Shown: in pieces, positions 18,443 to 28,115 of the stretch | Layout: every line of letters starts with the position of its first letter | Numbering within the stretch: the first letter of the stretch is position 1 | Position numbers and translations under genes: made by a program | The notes under the pieces: model-generated | Seen by the model: only the letters and a program-made list of their open reading frames with translations | Databases searched by the model: none | Told to the model about the DNA's origin: nothing | Origin: Ignavibacteriota bacterium | GTDB lineage: Bacteria > Bacteroidota > Ignavibacteria > UBA10030 > UBA6906 | Assembly (NCBI GenBank): GCA_963801355.1 | Contig: CAWDEM010000008.1 | Span: forward strand, 1,088,001 to 1,152,000 | DNA length: 64,000 nt | Direction: 5' to 3'

Positions 18443-20668
18443 CGGATAATTCTGGTTCAGCGCGTATGTCATCGGCCCGGGTTCGCCCGGCTCCACGGAA
18501 ACCAGCGCCTCGGTCGGCCAATTCATCACCAAACGCGCATCAGCGCCAAGTCCCAGTTTTGCAGTCGCGGGGAGCACCGTGGCCGAGAATGCCGGACCTT
18601 TCTTCTGGGCGTTTGCGGGAAAACTATCCTGCGCAACATAGTAGAGATAGATCTTTGTCGCTCCGGGTAGCAGCGTAACCCCTCTCCACTCCCAGTAGAG
18701 ATCGTCTCCCAGAATCGATACAGAATCCACTCTGTCTGCCCCTCCCATGCCGTCAAAAATGTGCTGTAGATTTGGCGCTGAAGCGGAGGGGTACTTGTCA
18801 TCGGTCCACAGCCAGGTATCTGCCGTCGTGAAGAGCGTGTCCCCGGTGGAAGTCGCAATGACCTTGGAGGGATTTGCTCCCAAATCAGAGTACACACCAA
18901 CATTCACTGTGATCGGCGCCGCTGTTGGATTTGTCAGAATATCCTGGATGCGCATGAAGCCGAGCGTGTCACCCTGAGTCGCTGTTGGAACAAAGAACTT
19001 GCGTGTGACGGAAAGCCCATTGACGATCGCCGGTCCGAACACAAACTGCCTGCCGTCAAGTTCAGTCAGAGAGTAGTCGGGTTTGCTGGAAAAGGTCGTG
19101 CCGTTAATCGTCAAGAGGTACGCGTAGGTGTACGCAGAGTTCATCCCGGAGCGGAGCTCTGTTCCACGCCCGATGGTGGCAGGATCATAGAGCATTTCAT
19201 GAATATCGGCGAGTCCTTTGAAGCCTCCCCAGTAGTACACATATGTCGCCTCATTGGGTCTTATCCGCACATAGTACGTTCCGGCAGTTGGAAACCGGTA
19301 ATTGGGATAATAATTCTTGAAGGTGTTGGAGAGTTCGCTGGTGGCGTTGTGTAGAGATATGTTTCCGCTTCCACAACCATGCCCCTCGATTGAGTAGACG
19401 AAGAATCCAATCTCATTTGCCTCCGCAGTGTATGCGTAGAAGTCGGTATCAGGTGCCACAACACCTGCATCCAGACCGGGAAAGAGTGTGGCAATGCCGG
19501 TTTCTCCCCAGGCCCGCGGTGTTGCCTGAGCCTTTGTGTTGTTCGGCTCGTATTCGTCGGGCACAATTGTCTCACCCGTGTAATGTGCTTCCAGAGTATA
19601 AGATCCGCCGGCACCACTCCTGTTGACGACCTGTATGTAGCGGTAGCCCGGCACTGATGCAGCCGAGTAGAAGCCCGGGTATCCGCCGGAATGGGACGTA
19701 ATATGTGTGACGGAATCGGAGCCGTACATGCTGATTGTCATGTCGCCTGGATCACCGGCATTCTTGGCCCTGCTCTCGACCACGAAAATATCCCCGGGCC
19801 ATGTCCAGACTTTGAAATAGTCTGTATCGGCCGGAGCGATTGAGGCCTCAAGCAACTTGCTTTCGTAGTTCACGGGGGTTGCGGCGGCGAAGCAGCTGTT
19901 GGATTCGTTCTCATTGATGAACGCGTCGGGCCGTTCTGCGAGGGCAACGAGTTTCTTCGCACTGAATGTTCCGTGCAATCCGCCGGAGGCGGCGCGGTTC
20001 CACGCAACGGTATCACGTTCATCTTCAAAATGGTACACAGCCACAAGACCGGGCTCGTTGCCTTTGGCTTCATGTTTCCAGAGCGCGGCTATCTCGGATG
20101 CTGAACGGACGACGTTCCAGATCCGGATCTCATCGAGCAGGCCGGAGAACTGATCACCATATGCACTAGCGCCGATTCGGAGATCCACGTTGTTGTTCAC
20201 GAACCGAACGCCGGCAAATGCAATAGACCTCACTTCGCTACCATTAACGTAGAGAGCGTAGCGGTGCGCGATAGTGTCAATGCTTAGTGCGAGATGCATC
20301 CACGTGAGCGTATCGAGAGCAACGCGCGGCTTCCAAGCTTGGTAGTTCGAAAAGGCCAATGTCAGGTCAACACTATCGGTCCGGCCTGTAAGCGACTGGA
20401 TGCCCAGAGAAAAGCCGGCTTTGTAGCCCTTGTCAATAACCGCGCCATATGCGTGTGTGGGCATCGCCAACTTCACCCAGGCCTCGATGGTCAGTTGTGG
20501 TGCAAGATTGAGCGGGGCCGCGTGGGGAATAACCACGTACCCCTTTCCCGCATCGAGAACGGCATTGGAGTTAACCTGTGCGGCCAGTGGTGAAGCGAAG
20601 AGAATGAACACCGGCGCTAAGAACAGAAGGCGCCATCCTTGGAGAGTGCGGGTACTAGAAGAGTTCAT
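18164..20668 (-). CDS. T9SS cargo: LamG-like domain, PPC-like (pre-peptidase C-terminal) repeats and CTD
   Basis: GGAGG SD; TIEAWVK..LDEIRIWN; E.E.N.....A and DTD.Y motifs; LNQNYPNPFNP. Confidence 0.8.
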   Translation of the reverse strand: MNSSSTRTLQGWRLLFLAPVFILFASPLAAQVNSNAVLDAGKGYVVIPHAAPLNLAPQLTIEAWVKLAMPTHAYGAVIDKGYKAGFSLGIQSLTGRTDSVDLTLAFSNYQAWKPRVALDTLTWMHLALSIDTIAHRYALYVNGSEVRSIAFAGVRFVNNNVDLRIGASAYGDQFSGLLDEIRIWNVVRSASEIAALWKHEAKGNEPGLVAVYHFEDERDTVAWNRAASGGLHGTFSAKKLVALAERPDAFINENESNSCFAAATPVNYESKLLEASIAPADTDYFKVWTWPGDIFVVESRAKNAGDPGDMTISMYGSDSVTHITSHSGGYPGFYSAASVPGYRYIQVVNRSGAGGSYTLEAHYTGETIVPDEYEPNNTKAQATPRAWGETGIATLFPGLDAGVVAPDTDFYAYTAEANEIGFFVYSIEGHGCGSGNISLHNATSELSNTFKNYYPNYRFPTAGTYYVRIRPNEATYVYYWGGFKGLADIHEMLYDPATIGRGTELRSGMNSAYTYAYLLTINGTTFSSKPDYSLTELDGRQFVFGPAIVNGLSVTRKFFVPTATQGDTLGFMRIQDILTNPTAAPITVNVGVYSDLGANPSKVIATSTGDTLFTTADTWLWTDDKYPSASAPNLQHIFDGMGGADRVDSVSILGDDLYWEWRGVTLLPGATKIYLYYVAQDSFPANAQKKGPAFSATVLPATAKLGLGADARLVMNWPTEALVSVEPGEPGPMTYALNQNYPNPFNPTTVISFQLPAAGMVRLVVYDILGREVSVLVDESKEAGVHKLKFDASGLASGVYLCRMQVRPLASAAGRDSKNGAGPYIDTKKFLLVR

Positions 20669-20907
20669 AGGACCTCCGTGTGAGTCGCTGCCTTGCGCCC
20701 CCTTCCACTCCCACTGGGCTGCTGTGGTGCTTTTCAAAGGGGGGGAAGAGGCCCGTCCTCTCAGGCGGCCCTTTGTTGCACCGCTCTCCGGTGGGAGGGG
20801 CGGCTGAGAAGGGGGATATTCAGCGATGAGTGAATTCTAGGCAGGAACCGGAAGTAGTGCAATCCCGCAAACACGGTATTATTGACAGAATTCTGATTTC
20901 GTGCGTT

Positions 20908-21678
20908 CTAGGCCGTCCGTGCCGCGCCGAAACTGCGAGAGGTCAGGACCACATACGCATCCACAGACATGTCTTCGCTCGTCGCGGCTGTGATCCCCGG
21001 GTCGCCCTCTTGTTTCAACTTCCACTGGTACAGTGCCGATAGGGTCGGCTGCAGGATTTCCCTCAGCGCTCCGAACCGTCCCGATGTCTCGTACCGCTCT
21101 GCGGCCTCCCGACTCTCCCAGATGGTGAAGCTGATGAATTCGAGCGGATCCGAGACGCTCTGCGCGAGCTGGATGGAACAGCAACCCGGCTCCTCTCGAA
21201 GCTCAGGCAGCACGCTGTCCCGGTAGAGGCTGGTGAGTCTTTCCGCCTGCCCCGGCTGGACCAGCATGGACACGATGCGCAGGTAACCGCAGGTCGGCCT
21301 GATGGGTGCTCCGGCGGTCCCGTATTCGGCGGCACCGACGTAGGCCTGGACGACAGGCTCCTCCTTCACGGGAACGTATTCCAGGCGCAGGTCCTCGGAA
21401 AGACGCAAGTCCCAGTTCGTGGAGTCCGAGAAGTAGGGACGGGACACGTCGACAAGTTCGGTGAATAGTCCGCTCTTTTCATATGCGTCCGCGTCGTCCT
21501 TCGATTTCCAGAGGCTCAGGCTTACGGCACAACTCTTTTTGATGGTATTCAACACCAGAGCCGCGTACAAACACCCCGGGGTCCGCGCGAGCGCAGGGAT
21601 GATTTTCGCTGTGTACTCCGCGCTGAATTCCGCGGCGCGATCGGAGTCAACTTGCGTCTGAACGAGCCGTAGATACAT
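20908..21678 (-). CDS. Tandem ABM (antibiotic biosynthesis monooxygenase-like) domain protein
   Basis: Two repeats of '..P.L...PGC.....SxxxWESxE.A..YE.SG.F'. Confidence 0.8.
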   Translation of the reverse strand: MYLRLVQTQVDSDRAAEFSAEYTAKIIPALARTPGCLYAALVLNTIKKSCAVSLSLWKSKDDADAYEKSGLFTELVDVSRPYFSDSTNWDLRLSEDLRLEYVPVKEEPVVQAYVGAAEYGTAGAPIRPTCGYLRIVSMLVQPGQAERLTSLYRDSVLPELREEPGCCSIQLAQSVSDPLEFISFTIWESREAAERYETSGRFGALREILQPTLSALYQWKLKQEGDPGITAATSEDMSVDAYVVLTSRSFGAARTA

Positions 21679-21730
21679 ACATCACCTCCATGTGCCATGA
21701 GGGGCGCGCCGCTGAGAGCCCAGAGCAACT

Positions 21731-21787
21731 GCCGCCTTCGCCGAGTTTCGAGAGGATCTTGTAGTGGGAAATGACTTTGCCGATCAT
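21731..21787 (-). pseudogene. Remnant of a Ser/Thr kinase N-terminus
   Basis: Encodes MIGKVISHYKILSKLGEGG, near-identical to the start of the 24040-26631 kinase, then homology stops. Confidence 0.8.
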
Positions 21788-21794
21788 GGGCTGA

Positions 21795-24020
21795 TTACTT
21801 CAAGATGATTCGTTGCATGGACACATTGGCGGCTATCCCGCCTATCACCGCGCCATAGCTCAACAGAACCCACCACCACAGCTTCCGCCAGGGTGCCGTG
21901 GTCACTTCACCCTCCTCCCAAGCCAGGATGGACCAGGCCAGATGGCCGCGGTGCACGCTCCAGGCATTATAGATAAGGAGCAAGAGCATCGATACCAGCG
22001 CACCCATGACAGTGAAGGCCCACCAGGCTATCACAAGCCAGGGTGGCAAAGGAAGTTGAACGCTCATACTTAGAAGAGATGTAGTGAGTGCGAAGATGCC
22101 CGCTATTCCCAAGTTGGCGGTCACCCAGGTATGCGGGAGCCGCTCAAGGAGAGTGTGCAGGTACCCTTTTTTTGTCGCGAAAGTCAGCAGCAACCCCTGG
22201 AACACGAACCATCCAATGAACAAAGGTAAGCCGAAGAAGAACAAAAGCTGCAAAAGTTCTGAGCCTGATGCCCCTGGGATCAGAATCAACCCGATTGCCG
22301 CCGCAATAAATGCCACGATCGTAGGGATCACATCCCCCGTCGCTTCCACCAGGACCGCCTGCCAGCTACCCGCTTTCCGCTTACGCCCGGCAATCAGCCA
22401 GATCAGAAGACCCAGCGGACCGAGGATGCTGACGACCGGGATCCAAAAGATCAAGCCCTTTTTCTGTTTGATCGAGAAGATGAGCAGCGCTGCCAGGCTG
22501 GCAACCACCAAGCCAAGCCACACTTTGCCAAGCATCTCATAGCGGTCTCTTTGTGCCTGGATACGTTGATGGCGCCGGGCTGCCTCCTGCTGAACGTCTT
22601 CAGGGAACAGCTTGCTCAACGGTCCACCGGCACGCGCGCTGGCGATTTCCTCCGCCACGTTCAAGACGACCGGCCTGTCGAACTGGTAGAAGTAGTAAAG
22701 GTAGACGACCCCGCCCGGCAGGTCGGCGACCAGCGATTCGATCGTCCAACTTCCTCTACCCTCTTGGTGGACCGCATCCAGCACATTGGCGGCATCCTGG
22801 AAGGTCAGCACGCCCCCTTGATTCACCAACTTGCCAAGAAGTCCCTGCGCAGTCTCGTAGCGCGAACAGGGGTAGAAGCCGTTAGCGTGATTGGCGATGT
22901 TGAAATTGGTGGACACCAGGTACCCGTCGCCCTGCGGCTTCCGGGTAAAGACCACCTCGCCGTCTGCTCCGGCGCTGATGATTACCGCGTCGCCGGTGGC
23001 ATCCGCAAACTGCATCTGGTCGTGCATGTACGAATGCCACTGGTGCATCTTGACCCAGGAGATCACATCCTCCACAGTGACGCACTCATGCAAGATGTGG
23101 ATGGGGTAGCTGGAGTAGCCACCTGAGACAGGCTTGCGCTCGAGATGCGGATTCACATCCACGCGTGGCAGACCATTCGCATCATAGGCCAGGCCTTTTT
23201 CGCTTACCCCCTGCTGCACATCGTCGGGTGTGCCGACCCAGATAGCCCCATACGATTGAGCACCGCCTGGATCGACCCAATAGTAGCTGTCGGGGTTGAT
23301 ATAGTCGTCATTACCACCGAAAAAGACCTGCCCTCCCTTCGAAACGGTGAATACTGTACAGCGAGTGGGCAGATCCCCACCACAGGCACTTCCGGCGACG
23401 AGGACGCACAAGGCCAGAGTGGTCACTACCGTCTCTTTAGCCGACCGATTTGCTTTCACGTTGGGCGGCTGAGAACGCACGAGCCAGACAAGACCAACTC
23501 CGGTCACAACGCCGTACACGATAGCATCCAACCCATCGCCGGCACGGAAGTTCATCCAGGCCACCCCGGTCAGCATCCATGCTATCATGCTAAACAATAT
23601 CCAGAGGCTCGCGCGTTGCATGTGCCGGCGGAGTATCCACCACTGCGGCACACCCAGAAACAACCCGAATGTGGCAAGCACCGATCCATATCCCCACATC
23701 CAGTTCAAGTTCGATTCCGACAGCATGGTGGCCTGAACGGTCTGTCCAAAAGGATATCCGACTGCAAATCCAACAGCGCTTGCCACAACGAACCATACCG
23801 GGAGGACACCAACAGCTCGAACGATAGGCCATTGCAGTCCACCCATGACTGCACCCCAGATAAATCCCTTACCTATACGAGCCCAAATTCCTGGCTCACC
23901 CCCCAATAGTCTGGCTGTCCCACTCCCCAAATCATATCCCAGGAACATTGCAGCTATTGAGAGCAGGACGCCGACCAGCCATGGCTTCATTATCATCCAG
24001 GTGTTTGACTGCGTTGCCAT
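21795..24020 (-). CDS. Membrane protein fused to an Ntn-hydrolase (C45/C59-like) domain
   Basis: N-terminal TM block; CTVFT...FFGGNDD nucleophile motif; FADATGDAVII, STNF, RYE; C-terminal TM block. Confidence 0.65.
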   Translation of the reverse strand: MATQSNTWMIMKPWLVGVLLSIAAMFLGYDLGSGTARLLGGEPGIWARIGKGFIWGAVMGGLQWPIVRAVGVLPVWFVVASAVGFAVGYPFGQTVQATMLSESNLNWMWGYGSVLATFGLFLGVPQWWILRRHMQRASLWILFSMIAWMLTGVAWMNFRAGDGLDAIVYGVVTGVGLVWLVRSQPPNVKANRSAKETVVTTLALCVLVAGSACGGDLPTRCTVFTVSKGGQVFFGGNDDYINPDSYYWVDPGGAQSYGAIWVGTPDDVQQGVSEKGLAYDANGLPRVDVNPHLERKPVSGGYSSYPIHILHECVTVEDVISWVKMHQWHSYMHDQMQFADATGDAVIISAGADGEVVFTRKPQGDGYLVSTNFNIANHANGFYPCSRYETAQGLLGKLVNQGGVLTFQDAANVLDAVHQEGRGSWTIESLVADLPGGVVYLYYFYQFDRPVVLNVAEEIASARAGGPLSKLFPEDVQQEAARRHQRIQAQRDRYEMLGKVWLGLVVASLAALLIFSIKQKKGLIFWIPVVSILGPLGLLIWLIAGRKRKAGSWQAVLVEATGDVIPTIVAFIAAAIGLILIPGASGSELLQLLFFFGLPLFIGWFVFQGLLLTFATKKGYLHTLLERLPHTWVTANLGIAGIFALTTSLLSMSVQLPLPPWLVIAWWAFTVMGALVSMLLLLIYNAWSVHRGHLAWSILAWEEGEVTTAPWRKLWWWVLLSYGAVIGGIAANVSMQRIILK

Positions 24021-24039
24021 TTTTGTCAGTCCTCACTGC

Positions 24040-26631
24040 CTAATGGAATACGTTCTCGATGAACACAAACCTCATTTTCCGATAATTCTCGGTGTAGGCA
24101 ATTTCCTTGCCGTCTCTACTGATACTGAAGAACATGCCGAGACCCGGGAACTTCCTCACCGCGTGGTCAGCACCATCCGGCAGCGATATGCGGTGAAGCT
24201 CCGAGGAACCAAAAGGCACATAGAACATGTCGCGCATGCCCCGAGGAATTTGGGCGTACGAGATCCCTTTGGTCAACCTTCTTGCTCTCTCCATCCCTGA
24301 TGTACTGGATGATGCAGTCGTGGTGATCCACCATCCCTCCCGCCCCGTGCGCCAATCAATCCCGACCACCCAGTTCCCATTCAGCACGGGGATAGCAAAG
24401 ATGGAGTCTTTCGATATTCTCACGCGATCAGGTTGATCGATTGAGATCTTGTGCGTCCCCCCGAATCCCCAAGTGAGGAACTCTTTCTCATTGATCCACG
24501 GGGCGAAAATCCCTCTGCCCATGATTCTTGGCTGTTCCGGTCTGTCAGTCTGAATCAAATAGACCCATGAGGAATCCTGAGGCTCGGTACTGGGACGAGC
24601 AGAGTACGTTATCCACTTTTCATCGGGAGACCAGTAGGGGAATGATTTATAGCTCATGTCATCTGTGAGCTCCCTGATATTCCCTCCGTTTCTGTCCACA
24701 ATGCATATGACCCTTCCGGAGGCTGCGGCATCGGTTCCCTGAGCGGGAAACGCGACATACCTCCCGCTCGGCGAGATCGAAGACATCCCCCTCTGCTGCT
24801 CATCCACGGTAAGCTGTCTGACGCTTCCATCACTGATGCTGGCAATCTTCACTTGTCCGATATCCTGAACTTCAGAGTACATCAGTCTCCTGCCATCCCC
24901 GGCCATCCCCATCGGGGCGTCGGGTCCGCTCCCCCGTGTCACCTGAACGGGCTCTCCACCGCTTGCCGGAATCATCCACAGGTTGATGTTGCCCCCCCTG
25001 TTGGAGGAATAGAAAATGTGGCCTGTCGGACTCCAAAGCGGGTCGTCCGCGATTTGTTGGTCAAATGTCAGCTGACGGTCTGTACCTTTTTGTATGTCAC
25101 GAACCATGATCTCGGAGTATCCCTGAGGGAAGTTCTTTGTCCATACTATGGCTTTCCCATCCGGCGAGAATCTGAAGGCAAAACGAATACCGGTTCTTGC
25201 CTTCATGGTGTCGGCAATAAGGATACTCCGATCCGTTCCGTCCGGATTGCACCCCCACAACTGAATAATCCTCAGGTCTTGCGGATACGTTTGCACAACG
25301 TAACCAAATCGCTGCCCACCCGGCATCCAGGCCGGATTATGCCCATCGCGCACGATCACCCGTCCTGTTCCCCCTAGCGAAGAAATGCTGACAATCTCAT
25401 AGGTGTCCCACGGAGAGGAACGACGGCGCGAATACAAGATCGTGCTCGCATCCGGCGATATTGAGACATTGTCTATGCGAAAGCAGGAATCGTGTGTGAT
25501 TCTCCGCGGTTGACCTTGCGCTACATTCATCATGTAGACATCGAATTTCCCGCGATCATCAGAGGCGGGGAAAATAATCCAGTTACCGTCCTGTGACAAG
25601 TCGGCATAGTCAACATCGTGAAAGGGGAGCTGGACGACACGGGATTTCATATCCGGGTTCAATTCAGGTCCGCGGTGAAGAAGGACAGCCAATACCCCTG
25701 CGCATACAAGAGCACCTATCGCCACGAGCAGAATCGTAAGCCGCTTCTTCGATCGCTGAGGCGTTCCTTGTGAAGGGACCGTCCCCATCTCGTTTGATAG
25801 GTCAGGTGATCTCACAACCCTCGTGGTCTCTTTCTTCAGCCTTCGCAGGTCGATCAGCATCTCGTGAACCGTCTGATACCGTTCTTCGGGATCCTTCTCC
25901 AACGCCCGGCTGAGCACATGCATCAGTTCTGAAGGCGCGTCTGGAACATAGTGTTGCAGGGGCGCGGGCTCCTCGTTCACAATCGAGTACATAATTGCCG
26001 CCTCGTGCTCCCCACGGAACGGGAGATGACCAGTGAGCATTTCATACAGCACAACGCCAAACGAGAAAATGTCCGACCGCGCGTCGACCTCTCCCCCCTG
26101 GATCTGCTCGGGAGCCATGTAGGCCAGTGTCCCGAGGGTGCTCGACGTCTTGGTCAACTTCAGTGATCCCTTCAGCTTGGCCAACCCGAAGTCCATCACC
26201 TTCGCCTGGTTCTTCGTGTTGACCATGATGTTCTCGGCCTTTATATCCCGGTGCACTATTCCGTGCGCGTGGGCTTCCTGGAGGGCTTCCGCAATTTGCA
26301 CCGCATAGGCAATCGCGTCCTGGATCTTCTGCAGGGGGATGATCTCACGGAGCGTTTTCCCCTCTACATATTCCATCACGATGAACTGCTGACCTTCGTG
26401 TTCGGAAATATCATGTATGGTGCAAATATTGGGATGGTTGAGGATGGCGGCGGCCCGAGCTTCCTGAAGAAACCGTGCGCGTTCAGGCGCATCGGCAGCG
26501 AGGCCGAAAGGGAGAAACTTCAGGGCGACGGTACGTGTAAGCTTCAGATCCTCGGCCTTGTAGACCACCCCCATACCACCTTCGCCGAGCTTTTCGAGGA
26601 TCTTGTAGTGGGAAACAACTTTGCCGATCAT
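24040..26631 (-). CDS. Hanks-type Ser/Thr kinase with TM helix and TolB/PD40 beta-propeller
   Basis: LGEGGMGVVYKA, HRDIKAEN, DFGLAK, YMAPE; repeated SPDG motifs. Confidence 0.92.
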   Translation of the reverse strand: MIGKVVSHYKILEKLGEGGMGVVYKAEDLKLTRTVALKFLPFGLAADAPERARFLQEARAAAILNHPNICTIHDISEHEGQQFIVMEYVEGKTLREIIPLQKIQDAIAYAVQIAEALQEAHAHGIVHRDIKAENIMVNTKNQAKVMDFGLAKLKGSLKLTKTSSTLGTLAYMAPEQIQGGEVDARSDIFSFGVVLYEMLTGHLPFRGEHEAAIMYSIVNEEPAPLQHYVPDAPSELMHVLSRALEKDPEERYQTVHEMLIDLRRLKKETTRVVRSPDLSNEMGTVPSQGTPQRSKKRLTILLVAIGALVCAGVLAVLLHRGPELNPDMKSRVVQLPFHDVDYADLSQDGNWIIFPASDDRGKFDVYMMNVAQGQPRRITHDSCFRIDNVSISPDASTILYSRRRSSPWDTYEIVSISSLGGTGRVIVRDGHNPAWMPGGQRFGYVVQTYPQDLRIIQLWGCNPDGTDRSILIADTMKARTGIRFAFRFSPDGKAIVWTKNFPQGYSEIMVRDIQKGTDRQLTFDQQIADDPLWSPTGHIFYSSNRGGNINLWMIPASGGEPVQVTRGSGPDAPMGMAGDGRRLMYSEVQDIGQVKIASISDGSVRQLTVDEQQRGMSSISPSGRYVAFPAQGTDAAASGRVICIVDRNGGNIRELTDDMSYKSFPYWSPDEKWITYSARPSTEPQDSSWVYLIQTDRPEQPRIMGRGIFAPWINEKEFLTWGFGGTHKISIDQPDRVRISKDSIFAIPVLNGNWVVGIDWRTGREGWWITTTASSSTSGMERARRLTKGISYAQIPRGMRDMFYVPFGSSELHRISLPDGADHAVRKFPGLGMFFSISRDGKEIAYTENYRKMRFVFIENVFH

Positions 26632-26853
26632 GGGAATCTCCACGGGCGTGAATGATCCATGCGGCACAGGGAAGCCAACCGGACGCCGGTAATGTACAGA
26701 GGGGTGGCTCCAGAGTCAACTGTCCGGGGCTTCATCTTGGGCACTTCATCTTGGGCACAGCAGTCCGACGGCACACAGAGCGACCTGGGATTTCCTTGCT
26801 TTTCACCTACTGGAGAAGTCCTTAAGGGCGTCTCCGTGACCTCGCAGCCCGTA

Positions 26854-27780
26854 TCATTTCGTCAAGCGCTTGATATAGGCAGGCACTGCCGGGTCGTTTT
26901 TGAAGAAGCTTCCTGGCTTGCCTTGAGACAATGCCCATCGATCCAGCCACGATATTCCGTAATTTCCATACACCGTAACAGGCGTCAGGTACGCTCCGTC
27001 CTCAAGAGCTGCCTCGATACCTACAAAACGATAGCCGTTGCTTCTGCACACAACCGCCAGCGAATCGAGATAATCCGCGTTGAGCCAGCTTGCATGAATT
27101 AGCAGAATCTGGCTGATAGCGCGCCCGAAGAGCTCTTGTGCCTGATGCTCGAAGTAACGCAATTTATCTTGCATGTAAGCGACGTAGTCCCGGCCGATTT
27201 GTGCAGCGAGGCTCGAATCCCCTCTGAGTTTTGCCCGCTGGTATGCAACTGCAAACAGGTAATCATCATTGTCGATGGTGACTGGAGCAGCGGTGTAGCC
27301 CCGTTCTGCAATGAAGTCGTTCAGCGAGTCCGATCTCGTCTTCGTACTGCCGGTGTGCAAATATGGATGCCGGAAATACTGCAACCGCCTGCCGGTTTTC
27401 TGCAGCAATGCTTTTGTTACAGATTCGCCTTTGATGATGTCCTCAAAGTACTCTCCGCAGGAAACAGTATTGAAATCCGGATGAGAGAATGTATGATTTC
27501 CGATCTCCAAACCGCACTCTATCCAGCGATCCAGAAGCGACACCTGAAAACTGATCAGGCCGGTCCTGCTGTACAGCTTCCTTTCGTTGACGAAACCTAT
27601 CGCGGGGATATGATTGCTGACCAGCGAACGAACCAATTTGTCGACAATGCCCTTTTGAAAACTCGTGTCATTCTTTCCATAGCTCACAATCGGCAAATCG
27701 TCAATCGACACACAGAGTTGCTTCGTCTGGCCGATCGCCATGGCAGAAATGACAATGACCAGTGCAATAACCTTCTTCAT
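26854..27780 (-). CDS. Polysaccharide deacetylase (CE4/NodB) family, exported
   Basis: SIDDLP, GNHTFSH, YFRHPYL and LLIH motifs. Confidence 0.85.
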   Translation of the reverse strand: MKKVIALVIVISAMAIGQTKQLCVSIDDLPIVSYGKNDTSFQKGIVDKLVRSLVSNHIPAIGFVNERKLYSRTGLISFQVSLLDRWIECGLEIGNHTFSHPDFNTVSCGEYFEDIIKGESVTKALLQKTGRRLQYFRHPYLHTGSTKTRSDSLNDFIAERGYTAAPVTIDNDDYLFAVAYQRAKLRGDSSLAAQIGRDYVAYMQDKLRYFEHQAQELFGRAISQILLIHASWLNADYLDSLAVVCRSNGYRFVGIEAALEDGAYLTPVTVYGNYGISWLDRWALSQGKPGSFFKNDPAVPAYIKRLTK

Positions 27781-28065
27781 TGTGCAGCATCCTGGGTGCT
27801 GCCGTGCAAGAGGGTGCCTCTGCATAAATGCTGCCAGATGACTGATGGTTTTGTCAATTGTCTCCTTGGATCCCGTGCGAGGCACAAATGGACTTCCGGA
27901 TTCGCACGAAGAGGCCGCCTGCACGCAGTTTCTGCCATGGGATTCGTAGGAAATGTAGCAGAGAATTCCGGAATCTGCAAGCACGTCATGATACCGTATT
28001 AGCGGCAACACCGGCTTGGCGGAGCGTCATTGCACACTCCAATCGGCGGAGTGTGTCGTGATACA

Positions 28066-28093
28066 CAAAAGGCCCAGTGTGATGCTGAGCCTT
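28066..28093 (-). terminator. Intrinsic terminator
   Basis: Minus strand aaggctcag-catcaca-ctgggcctt followed by ttgt. Confidence 0.6.
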
Positions 28094-28115
28094 CTGCATA
28101 TCGATGGTGCAAAGT

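Noticed and set aside
26730-26757. 14-bp tandem duplication CTTCATCTTGGGCA x2
   Set aside because: An isolated two-copy slippage event with no supporting context.
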